From: Octopus bimaculoides
Taxonomy: Eukaryota
Assembly (NCBI RefSeq): GCF_001194135.2
Contig: NC_068994.1
Location: 36,769,995 to 36,833,994 of the forward strand
Direction: 5' to 3'
DNA length: 64,000 nucleotides
Each line of letters opens with the position of its first letter. Position 1 is the stretch's first letter. The translations under genes and the position numbers were made by a program. The notes under the pieces were generated by a model. The model saw only the letters and a program-made list of their open reading frames with translations, was not told where the DNA came from and did no database searches. This document shows positions 52,336 to 64,000 of this stretch, one piece after another.

Positions 52336-53160
52336 TTAGTACTGGGCTAGAGGTGGTTGCACAAAACAAGTGTGATGAGAGGAAGAGAAATGAATGGGAT
52401 ATGAAAGCTTGAGGGCAGGTAATATAAGCCTGGCCAGATCTGAGAAGCAGATACCATTACAGTTGGAAAGACTGAGAGAGAAGTCTGCACATATGTGGAT
52501 CAGGGGCTGGAACATGTCTATCAGTGATTTATGCCAGTCAGAGAAGTGGTGTAGTTTTAGATACAATGTCAGATATGTATGCATCAGCAGCTCTGTTCTA
52601 GATATGATAACAATACTCCATTGTGAGCATTACCTGGATTTTGTAGAATGTCAATAATTGTTAGAGAATGAAGTGTCTTCTGGTCTGAAGAGGAGGCTAG
52701 TCAGTTGTTAAGATGCAGTTGTAGGTATTTTAAAGATGTATTTTTCTAAGGAAAGATTCTCTGTGATAATGACGCCCCATGTTTGGAGCAGCTGTGAGGG
52801 CTCCAATGCCTGTTGATCTTGATTAAGGGGTTGTAGTATGATAATGTTATGTTTTGAAATGGGTAGTATTTGTTTTCTTGCTGTTGGAAGAGATACAGTT
52901 AGCATAGTCTTATTAGAGGATGCTTTCAGGTCTTTATTTATGGAAATGGTGTAAGGTTGGCATCCAGTGACTTGATTGTGAGTGGCTGGTATATAGTCAA
53001 AGAAGATTATGGAAATATGAAGCATAATATCGTGCGTATAAGAGTGGACATTGTTGAGCATGACAGAAAATGGATCATTGATGCATAGAAGGAGGTGGGG
53101 GTACAGAACCAAACTCTAGAATGAGCTCCATCAATAGACACTGTGATTGTGCAATATTAT
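52336..53160 (-). mobile_element. Decayed non-LTR retrotransposon (CR1/L2/Jockey-like) RT 3' fragment
   Basis: Across frames: LLLCINDPFS..VHSYTHD (YADD-like), WGVIITENLSLEKYI, YKIQVMLTMEYCYHI, CNGICFSDLARLILP. These are collinear with the RT C-terminus of this LINE group. Confidence 0.8.
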
Positions 53161-54669
53161 GGCTATTGACTCAAGCATTTCGTGAAGTCCATTCTTTCAC
53201 CCAAAGTCCACATGACCATGTTAAATCAGGCAGCATATTAAGTCTATATTGCACATCAAGAAGAATGTGGCCTCCAACAGGCTTCCACAAAGTTTCTATT
53301 ACAAAATTTTACTCACAAAACTTTGGATGCTAAAAGACACTATAGAACCAAACCTCAGATTACACATAGGGTTATATGCACACACACTTGCATGCGCCCG
53401 TGTGTGTTTATATATATAAGATAATGAACTTTACCACCTTATTGTTAAATATATTTTTTAATTGTCAATTATTAACTTTCTCTTTAAAAAATTAATGTCA
53501 CTTTATATTTCTTTCTACTCATAATAAATTCTGCATCTTATCTTCAATAATTATATTATTCTGATGCTATAAATAATCTCTTGTTTATATCAAATTCTGA
53601 TCTTTAAACAAAAATATATGACCATATAAATGAAATACTAATCGAACTAGAATTGGTTCAATTAGTGTTTGATTTTGAAAATTATTGGTCTATCAAATTT
53701 AAATTGATACCAGTTATTCAACATTATTTTATAGTGTAACCTTGATAGAGCAATTCAGAAAGTTTGTTTTGTTAATGGATTATCTTAAAATGCTCAGTAG
53801 TTGAATATTTTAGATTATTTATTGTTTGGAAGAAGTGTGTGTCAGTAAGTTTTGAGATAAAATAAAGACCAATATTTTGGATGGGAATTTTGTTTGGAGG
53901 AGGAGGGGAATAAGTTGAACAATTGCTTGCTGTTCTATTGAGCTTACATCATAAGTTCACATTCTGTTACAAACATTAGGCTGTCCCCTATGGCAAAGCA
54001 TACTACTTTTATTAATTAATTATGATGCAAAACATATCTTCATTGTGTAATTGCAGAAACAATTCAATTAATGCTATTATGAAAAATAAAGTTATTTAAC
54101 AAAACATAAATGATTAATAGATATTATTTAATCTTGTTTCCATTTGAGACTATTTGTTTTGTACTATATTTTATTGAGAAAGATTTTGTTTGGAATTTTA
54201 TTAATAGATTCAGAATTATATATTTACTATATCACTGTAGTCTTTAATAAATATTCTGTTGTTTTAGAGTAAATTTCTTATAATTCAATGTGCAAAGCTA
54301 TGGTAGGAACTGTCTGGAGAGTTGATAGGACTAGAATGGAAATACGGATATAGGGAGGTTGTTGGCTGTATCTGAACTTGGGAAAAATATCTTTTAAGAT
54401 AGCTGGGTAGTATCTGAGGTAATTTGACTGCTGTTTGAAACAATTGCACAGAGACTTTCCTGTTTGGCTCATATCCTATCTGTCAGTTATAATATGTGCT
54501 GGAGTTTAACTAATTATTCAAAAGATGGAACTGCAACTCTTTCTACACACAAGAACCCTAGTTTATCACAGAATATCCAGGGGAAGGTTTGTACTGCAAA
54601 GCTAGGATATGGAAAGTTGATAGGAGAAGAATGGAAACATGAATGTAAAGAAGCTGTTGACTGCATCTA

Positions 54670-55443
54670 TTAGGTTGTCAAGAAAGTTCTTGCGGAAATT
54701 TTAATTTTGGTTTTAAATGATGTATTTTCAATTTAATTTTCGGTAAATTACTTTGACTTTATATATCAATTTAAAGCCCAGTTTTTGCTCTATCTAATCG
54801 TGTTACTCCTTTCCTTTTGGAATAATTAGGCCATTTTTCCGGAATGTTGAATACAACATGGACAAAAAGGAAATTTGCACGATTTTCTTATTCCAGTTCA
54901 AGCTAGGCTGCAAAGCTGCTGAAACAGCTCGCAATATCAATGATGCCTTTGGCCCAGGAACCACTAATGAACGAACAGCACAATGGTGTTTCAAGAAATT
55001 TGGTAGCGGGGATGAGAGTCTTGATAAGCGGGGATGATAAGCATAGTGGTCAGACATCGGATGTTGAGCTAAAAGCCTTAGTGGAAGCCGATCCATGCAC
55101 AACTGTTCGAGAGCTTGCTTCTGAATTAGACGTAACGTATACAACAATTTCCAACCACTTGAAAGAGATTGGAAAAACAAAAGTACTTGAGAAATGGGTA
55201 CTGCATGAATTTAATGACAACAAAAAAAAAACGTTGTTTTCAAGTGTTGTCTTCCCTTCTTTTACGCAACAAGTATGACCCGTTTCTCAACTGGATTGTG
55301 ACTTACGATGAAAAGTGGATTCTTTTCGACAACTGGAGACGCTCAGCTCAGTAGTTGGACGCTGACGAAAGTTTTGTTTGAGCCGAGATATGTGCATCTG
55401 AATTTAAAGGTTAAAAACTGCAAGAACTTTCCTGCCAACCTAA
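54670..55443 (+). mobile_element. Internally deleted mariner (Hsmar1/SETMAR-like transposase N-terminus)
   Basis: TIRs ttaggttgtcaagaaagttcttgc / gcaagaactttcctgccaacctaa flanked by TA. Remnant from ATG 54858 (MDKKEICTIFLFQFKLG...WVLHE...IVTYDEKW). The C-terminal catalytic half is absent. Confidence 0.92.
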
Positions 55444-58400
55444 TAATTTTAGTAAGATCTTTTTCTGTAAATAGCTGTATATCATTTCTCTTCTTATATA
55501 GCTCCAGAGCAGATTCGATTGAGCAGGCCTTTGATTAAAGTGCTTCAGCCAATTCATGTAGGTGCAGATATAGTCATATAGTTAAGAAGTTTATTCTTTG
55601 ACCATAGGGTTCTGGATTCAATTTCTCTGCATTGACTAATGTCTTGTGAATAGAATTTGGCAAATGGAAACTGTGTTGAAGTTCATTATGTGTTTGTATA
55701 ATTTAAAAAATATTTTTGTATGACTTAATCAGGAAGGGCCAAGTCACATGCTTATAACCTTTTCTCAGGTTGAAATCTTCTCTTGATTGCCAAGTAGTCA
55801 AAGGAGGATTTGAAAGGCTGTGATATATTATAACTAGATGGGGTAAGTTATTGAGTATTTAGTGTTTTTTCCCAGTGACAGAATACAAAACATCAACTCT
55901 CTAGCTTGTATGATGACAGCTTAATGAATCAGTCAGAGTTGGCTTTCATTTTGAACAGATAATAGCTGAGTGATTCAATCTAATCTGAGGTTTCATTTAA
56001 ATTTTAATTCCTCATATCTGTCTCCATAGTGTTTAAAATTATTTTATGTTGAGAAAAAAATAAATCCTTTGACCAGTATGTTAAAATTTCAGTGGAAGAT
56101 TTTTCTCCATAAAAGTTATAGGATATTTATTTATGCAGGTGCTATATACAAGAATATCTATTTATGTAAGGTCAAAATGGTGAATTGTCAGTGTCTTTAG
56201 AGTATTTAGACTGACTTGAAATATTTCTTCTGCTCGTTGTGCTCCAAGTTCAAATCCTGCCAAAATCAAGTTTGCATTTCAATCTTTTTACAGTTGGTAA
56301 AAAAGTATCAACCAATAGCAGTGAATCGACAGAAGTATTGGAACATCAGAAAAGATACTTTATAATATGTGTTCCAGCCTTTTATTCTGATAGTCCTCTC
56401 TGCAATATCCTGTGACAAGCTGTATCAACCATAGTCATTCCCTTTGAAAATTTTGGTGGTGTAGAGAGATAAGGATTCCACATAGGAGCAACTACCACTC
56501 TTCCACAAAACCCATTGCCTAGGCCTGTGCATACAATTGTAGATTGTAGGTCCATGCTGACCAACATAGACCACTGCATAAGAAGTTTACTTAGCAACCA
56601 TATGGTTCTATATTTAATCCCACTGCATGGTGTCTTGATCAAATACTGTCTTGCATAACACAAGGTTGATCAAGGCCGTGTGAGTGGAATTTGGCAGGTG
56701 GAATTTGGCAGGTGGAAACTCTGCAGAGGTACATTCGTCATATGTCTATTTTCTTTCTCTCTCTCTCTCTATATATATATATAAATATTTATTTATTTAT
56801 TTATTTATTCATTTTTTGTAGCTTAGTGAGGAGAAACAGTGATGCCCATGACTTCTCTCTGTGCTTCTATCTGTGGGAAGAAGGAAAGGACAAAGGAAGG
56901 AAGGAAGGAAAGCAGGTAGGGTTTTTTTTTTTAGACTAGAAACTTGACCTGAAAGCTTGTAATAGAGAGGATTTTGATAATATCACTCAAGTGCCTGATG
57001 GTAGTGGTAAACCTGGCAATGGATTAATTCTTCTAGACACAATCTTGGTATATACTGGCATAAACAAGTTGGTTGAGTTGCATTCCTGTGCTTCAAAAGA
57101 TAACTTAGCCATTCAATAAATTGGAATCAATGAAATCACAACCAAACTGAAATAAATATTTGGGTTGATATGATGATTGACTAAAAACACCATTTATGAG
57201 CTTCAGTATGGCCACAGTCCAATAAATGAATAAAAGATTACCCATACCTTTAGTGTTTCAGAACAAAAATAGTTAAGGTTTTTTTCTGTTTTATACAAAA
57301 CAAAATAAAAACAAGAAAAAGAAAAAAGAGATGCTACCGCTAATAAATAATGTGCTTCTATTCAAAATTTTTGAATACCACTGGTGTAGGTAAATGGAAA
57401 TCAAATGAATGATTCTTGTATAAAATCACAATTTGCCAAGACACAGTTATAAATATGATGATTCTTTAGAATATTTTTAATAGAAGTTTAAAAAAAAAAC
57501 ACTTACATATGTTGTAATGTCTGAAAATAAAATATGGAGAGAATGGACTATTTTCTATGCATAGATATTAGTAAAAGTAGGGGAGCAATGCTACACTTTA
57601 AACAATGTCTTTCTTAAATTCTTTGGTCAGTATAGAAGATCATAATTGAATTTGTATTATTTATTAAAATCCATTTTCAATTCAAACAAAATTGATTAAA
57701 TTAATCAGCAAGCTTCACTTGCAACTTTGACCCTTGTTCCTTTAGTTTTATTTTATAATTTTCTATCTTTAAATTTCTATAGATTCTTTCCTAATATACT
57801 AAATCATACATTTTTTTTCTCATAAGAAATATTAAATTGAATTATACATTTAATTCTCTCTAATTCTAAATAAAACACTTCCTTTCTGTTGCTCCTCATA
57901 ATCATTTACTCTATATATGTTTAACTTTCTTACATTTGTCATAATTGTAACTGTAGAAACGAGGAAGATTTAAAATATTTTTCAAGTAACTGTTTAAACA
58001 TTCTATTGTCATCTAAAATGTACTGAATGAGAATTCAACTCTAAGATCTAGGTCATATTTTTCTCGTAGATACAGCTATTTAAACTGTTTATTAAAATGA
58101 TTGGTAACCAAATACTGCATAACCAAATGTAGCACTTTCTAAGCAGCTATATGACAGTTTTTATATGGTTTCTTTCTCTTCTTTTCCTAACTTTTATTAC
58201 TTTTTCCTTTTCTTTGTTCATTGGATATATAAGCTTCAGTTTAACTTTACATCTTTTCCACATTGATGTTATTTCCTACCATAGAAACCATTATGCTTGT
58301 TTCTTTCATTTGCTCTGTGCAACAGAATTCCAATCCTATCTATGAATTCCCAATTCCTACAAACTGCAGCTTCTGACAGATAAACTTTCAGGATATCATA

Positions 58401-60235
58401 AAACTGCTAATCTCTCATGCTTGCTGTCTTCCAGTTTTCCCTAGAAACTCACTCAATTATAAGCATGGCTATCTTTCATGTGTTGTATCAGAAAAACAAT
58501 CTCTGAAATTTATCATCATGAAATACAATGGATGTGAGGAAAAACTATTCGCTATGATTTCATGTGATACTGTGAAAATATGTTCATGATTTACTATCAA
58601 CATAATTCTTTCTGAATAGAAAACAAGATAGTTTCCTTAGAATTATCACTGTGGATAATGCAAAAACCAAATCTAATATTAGTATCATCTATTAGATATA
58701 GTAATGACAGATTTCAGGACAAAATATATGCAAACTGAAAAGAGACCACAACATTAATGCATTCAATAGAAATAGTATGGTTAACTATTGATATTGTTTA
58801 CTAGATATAACTAGTCTAGTTTGAATGTTTGTGTAAATGTACATAAACACACACTCACACACACATACATACGAACATGGATGCACATACATATATGCAT
58901 ACATACATTCACACATAAATACACATTCTCTCCCTCTCTTTCTCTCTCTCCCTCACATGCACACATATACACTCATACACTGAAAGTGGTGAATTGGCGT
59001 GGGGGATAAGATACCTTGGAACTTTTGTTCCGGTTCTTTGTTCTGCTTTCAAATTCTAAGAAGGTCGACTTTGATTTTCTACTTTCCTGGGTTGATAAAG
59101 AGCTAATCAAGTACTGCCATTTATATTTCACACACACTCCCTCCTCTCTCTCCCTCTCTCCTCCCTCTCTCACCCTCTCTCTCTTCCCTCTCTCAATCTA
59201 CTACATCACATTGTGAAAAATTATGTAGTGTCTCTTTCTTCAGAAAAAAGCAAGGTCTGCATAAGACAGTTGCAACCTCTTCTCATAGAGAAACATATAT
59301 GTTCCTGGAACTATCCAAGGATGGGACAGAGTACAGTATGATATGGAACAAATAAAAAAAATATGGCATATTTAGGTATGGCTGAATGATTATGGAGTTT
59401 GCTTTGCAATCATGAGGTTCTAGATTTAACACACCACATGGCTTCTTTGACAAGTGTCTTTAACCATAAACTCAGATTAACTCAAATCTTGTGAGATAAA
59501 GTAGTCAGAAGATATGAAATATCTATTGGAGGGATTGTAATTGTTACTCAAAAGGCAAACTTTGTCTGATTGTGTCCCTCTGATTCTTATTGTTAAGGGT
59601 ACAAGTGTTCTTCAACTATTTACATTATAAATCAATAAGTTGGTGGTCCAGTTAACTGAACAACTGGAATATAGATTGTTTTTGGAAAGCATGCACTCAT
59701 GTGGACTAACAGAACTACCTGGACATTCCATTCTCTGACAGTATCAATGTTGGTTGGCATTGCTGAAGCAAGCAACAATGCTGAAAGCTGTTGAAGATGC
59801 TGTGATCGCCAGTCAATGGCTGATAAAAACAATGTGCCACAGTGCATGCAATATGGTATATGTTAGATATGCATGTGTTTTCATGTGTGCGTATACATGC
59901 ATGTATGTATATGTGTGTGTGTGTGTGTTGTGGGTGTGTATGTACATATGTGTGTGTATATTTAGGTATGTATGCATGAGTACATTATGTGCATGTGTGT
60001 GTATATTTATATATATATGTATATATAAATATATGTAATATATGTATATATAAATATACATACCATGCACACAATAGCACTGACCACTTCCCAGCCACAC
60101 ATCCAGACACCGACACATACACACACACGCACATATCAAGGTCACTGGCCCTCTTCCACAGGCACATACATACTCTCTTATACACACGCACGTGCACCTT
60201 CATGTATGAATTTGTGTGTGTGTGTTGATGAAAAT

Positions 60236-60452
60236 ACAAATTTCAAATTTTAGCGCAAGGTCAGAAATTTCAGGAGAGCAGGGTAGTTGATTACATTGGC
60301 TCCAGTACTCAACTGGTACTTATTTTATCGACCCTGAAAGGATGAAAGGCAAAGTTGACATCATCAGAACTTGAACTCGGAACATAAAGATGGATGAAAT
60401 ATTGCTAAGCATTTCACCAGGTGTACTAACAATTCTACCAGCTCACCACCTT
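60236..60452 (-). mobile_element. SINE type A
   Basis: Reverse-complement similarity to 17911-18126. More decayed copies lie near 50010, 56175, 58985 and 60720. Confidence 0.8.
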
Positions 60453-63443
60453 GCATTGGTGAAAATGTAGAATCGATAAATAAACTGATGAGACTTATAA
60501 TACTATAATACTATTCTGAAGTGTTTACTCCAGCCAGGTTGGACAGACACTCTCTTACCACTCTCACCATTGGAGATACAATAAATCAGCAATTGGCCTA
60601 TTGGAACCATATCACCAATGATATTTTAGTCTCTAAAATGCATGATGTATGAAAAATAATTCTAAGATGCACTTGATTGTTTTCTTTCTTCAATAATGCT
60701 GATTTGCTTCATTACAAAGCCAAGTTTTTGAGGAAGAGGAGATATAGTCAATGCACTTGACTTCCATGTATTACTGGAACTTTTAATGATGCAAAAGAGA
60801 TGAAAGACAAGAACAACCACTGTGGTACTTGAACACAGAAGACAAATAGATAAATATAATGAAATAATATTCTAAGATATTCTATCTAAGATTCTACCAT
60901 TCCCTCCATCATAATTTCTTCTTCGGTTACAATCTTGGGGAAACATCCATGGAGAAACATTATTCACCATTATCTTTGACTGCTCTGTAAATAATAAGTG
61001 TCAGTACCATTAAAGTGCAGACAAATTTGGTTGGAGAATGCATTTAAAAATAATTACTATGGTTCATTGTTATAAATGATGTCGAAAGACATACCTTACA
61101 AACAGATTTCTCTAACTCACTTATGATATGATTTTGTATACAAAATTTCTTCAGAAATCATCTCATCAGAGCTATTCATTTTGTTTAGATATCATATATA
61201 AAAACGAACTGGCAGCAATAGAAATGAAAATTTTTCTTTTTCTTTTTAAAATCAGCATATTTTGATAATGATTAAGATTCTATTATTTTTTTTTTTAATT
61301 TACCATTTGTTTTCTACTGTGTGGGCACAACCACTCAAAAAATACTGTTTTCTAAAGATAACTAGTAAATCTTAGTGTGTGATTTATTATCATTAAGTGT
61401 CTTTCATGACAGCCAACTACTATACTTCATTTAGTACGAATAAAGACAAATTAAGTATTTGGTTGTATATAGTGGACAGAAAAATAAAATAAAAATTTTC
61501 TAGTTGGTGGATACTAGCAGAATGGCTCTCAGCAACTATCTTTTTCTAATAAGATTTCACTAATCTGCTGTTAAATTGAGAATTGGTCTGATGTATTTTT
61601 GACTTGAATCAAATTGCTTTCTGTTACATTTAGTAGCTTCTTTGAACAGATAATAATAAAAAATAAAAACATAATGGTGTAGCAAATTAAATGCTTTATA
61701 ACTTGACCAAATTAGTCACCTGAGCATACAACCAATCATCAGGACATACTCCAAACCACAATTTCCTACAACTGGACAGTGTAATATGAAAAGATTGAAA
61801 AAAAAAAAAAAAATCTCCAAGTGTCTGGTAATAGTCACACTTCCCTATTGTATAATGATTTCCCCAGTATATTTCAATATGTTAATTTATTGGAAGGTTT
61901 TAGAAAACAAAAAAAAAAAAATGAACAAAAAAGTCATTAAAGAATGAAAACAAAATAAAATTGATAGAAATGGTTTAGAAATTATGAAGTATATAGTAAA
62001 AGTGACATGGTAATCACAATTAATATATTGATGCTGATGTTGGAAACTATACAACAAAAAATACTTAATCAACGGTTGAGTAGGTTTATTTTAAAGAAGT
62101 ATAGACAAATTTAATCTATATTTAAACTATTGTTGATATTTTTTTTTAATGTATAGATTAACAATAACAAAAGAACCACACCATTATCTTCTATTGATAA
62201 TATGGTAATGAAAATGCAACTAACACATTTTAGTATATGAAGACATCCTGAAAGGTAACTATCAACACAAATCTGGCTTCATAACGTATTTAAAAAAAAT
62301 TTGTTTTGATCTAAAGTCATGAACCAAAATGATAACCAAATTGTTTTCTATTTGTCTATTTTGTAATGTTAGGTAGAGTAATAATGTTTTATATTTTACA
62401 CTACAAGAGAAATGCTGTTTTCCTTCTTATTTTTATTTTTTGCTTTGCTCTCTTTGTTTTATTTCTATTTTTTGTTTTCTACCCAAGATGTCTTCTAGTG
62501 AACAATAATCAAAATAAATTAATGGCTATGGTAATTCATTTTATCATATAATAAACCACTTTAACATTGTTGTCTATTTTATAAAATGATAAATGTAATT
62601 TGATATGGATATTTCTACTTTTATTTTCATGATATACAGTACTAACAGGCTAAATAACACACACACACACATGTTAGTGTGTGTGTGTATTGTACATACA
62701 TATATATACACATACATATTGTTTGATTCTAAGACGACAAGAACAACATGTTCTGCTAGCTAGATACAGCTACTACTTCCAGTTAAAAACAATAGAATGA
62801 CAAATAGATTTGAAAGAAAAGTGATATTAGTGGCCTAACATAAAGGGTTATAGCTACATTAGGAAAATTATGTAGAGTAAAAACAGAAAGGAAAGTCACT
62901 GGAACCCTTGGAGCTATCATCATAATGGCTATAGTTAAAAAAACAAACACACTCACAAAACATAAAACCAAGAAGGACATTGACAGAGTAAATGCATTTT
63001 CTGTTTATATATATGTATGTAAACAGAAAATGCTTATATATAAGCCTATGTGTATATGTACATACATACATATATATATAATGTGTGTGTGTATGTGTGT
63101 GTATGCATGTGTGTGTGTAGAAATACATCCATAAACATGAGGCATGAAAAATTATTTAGCCTGAGTGAAAATAATTGGGTTGCAAGAAAAAAAATGATTA
63201 ATGACCTAACCCTGAAGTAATGTGGAATAAAGCAGAGAAATTGTGAAAATAATTGGTTAATAAAATCATACTCTTTTTATGCATGTAATAAATGAAGTGA
63301 TGTCTCTTGAGCATGTGTGTATCTGTACATGCTTGTCATGAGAACACTTCTCTGTGTGTAAAATCTATATATGCACAACATAAAAACATGCAGCCATCAA
63401 TTGATACCCACATGAATATTTAGTGTGCCTAGTGTGTGGGTAG

Positions 63444-63488
<45 letters not shown>

Positions 63489-64000
63489 NNNNNNNNNNNN
63501 NNNNNNNNNNNNNNNNNNNNNNNNNNNNNNNNNNNNNNNNNNNNNNNNNNNNNNNNNNNNNNNNNNNNNNNNNNNNNNNNNNNNNNNNTATATATATATA
63601 TATATATATGTAGGTATATATATGTATATATATGAGTATATATACATGCATGTATATGTATATATATAAATGTATATATATACATATATATATATATATG
63701 TAGGTATTTATATGTATATATAAGTGTATATGTAGGTATATATATATATGTACGTATTTATATGTATATATCTTTATATATATATATATATATAAAGATA
63801 TATATGTGTACATAAATGTACGCATTCATACTTATGTCCACAAACACTCTCACATAGAAACACACAACCATACACTGAATATGGATTATGGTTTGCTCTA
63901 TAAATTTTAATAGATATTTTATCTAATATCCATGAATATAGATTGTGTTATATCCAAGTATATTTAAATGCAGAACTGTACACATTTTCATAGCTCTGTA

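Noticed and set aside
60955-61000. Minus-strand peptide TLIIYRAVKDNGE resembling a cadherin xKDxG motif
   Set aside because: It is a very short, stop-bounded match with no flanking cadherin motifs in any frame.

Overview
AT-rich eukaryotic genomic DNA, dense in microsatellites and SINEs, with eight N-gaps that all abut microsatellites. The SINE types and the one gene point to an octopus-type (coleoid cephalopod) genome; this is inference. The only credible protein-coding feature is a large minus-strand protocadherin exon (ATG 43267, 793 codons to a phase-0 CAG|GTAAGT donor at 40889). It encodes a signal peptide, six cadherin repeats, a TM helix and part of the cytoplasmic tail, and read-through into the intron gives an 818-aa ORF. 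I found no downstream coding exon in the remaining 40.8 kb. Upstream lie a candidate non-coding first exon and double-CCAAT promoter (~48.5-48.75 kb), and a YY1 plus tandem RFX X-box-like element (~44.0 kb). The rest is repeats: three decayed Tc1/mariner elements (one DD37D maT-type, one DD34D mariner, one internally deleted mariner), decayed LINE fragments (CR1/L2-like and RTE), piggyBac-, hAT- and Helitron-like non-autonomous elements, two long foldback palindromes, two tRNA pseudogenes (Leu, Glu) and many SINEs. Nearly all other ORFs in the track are microsatellite or gap artefacts. No database searches were run, and family calls rest on motif recognition.
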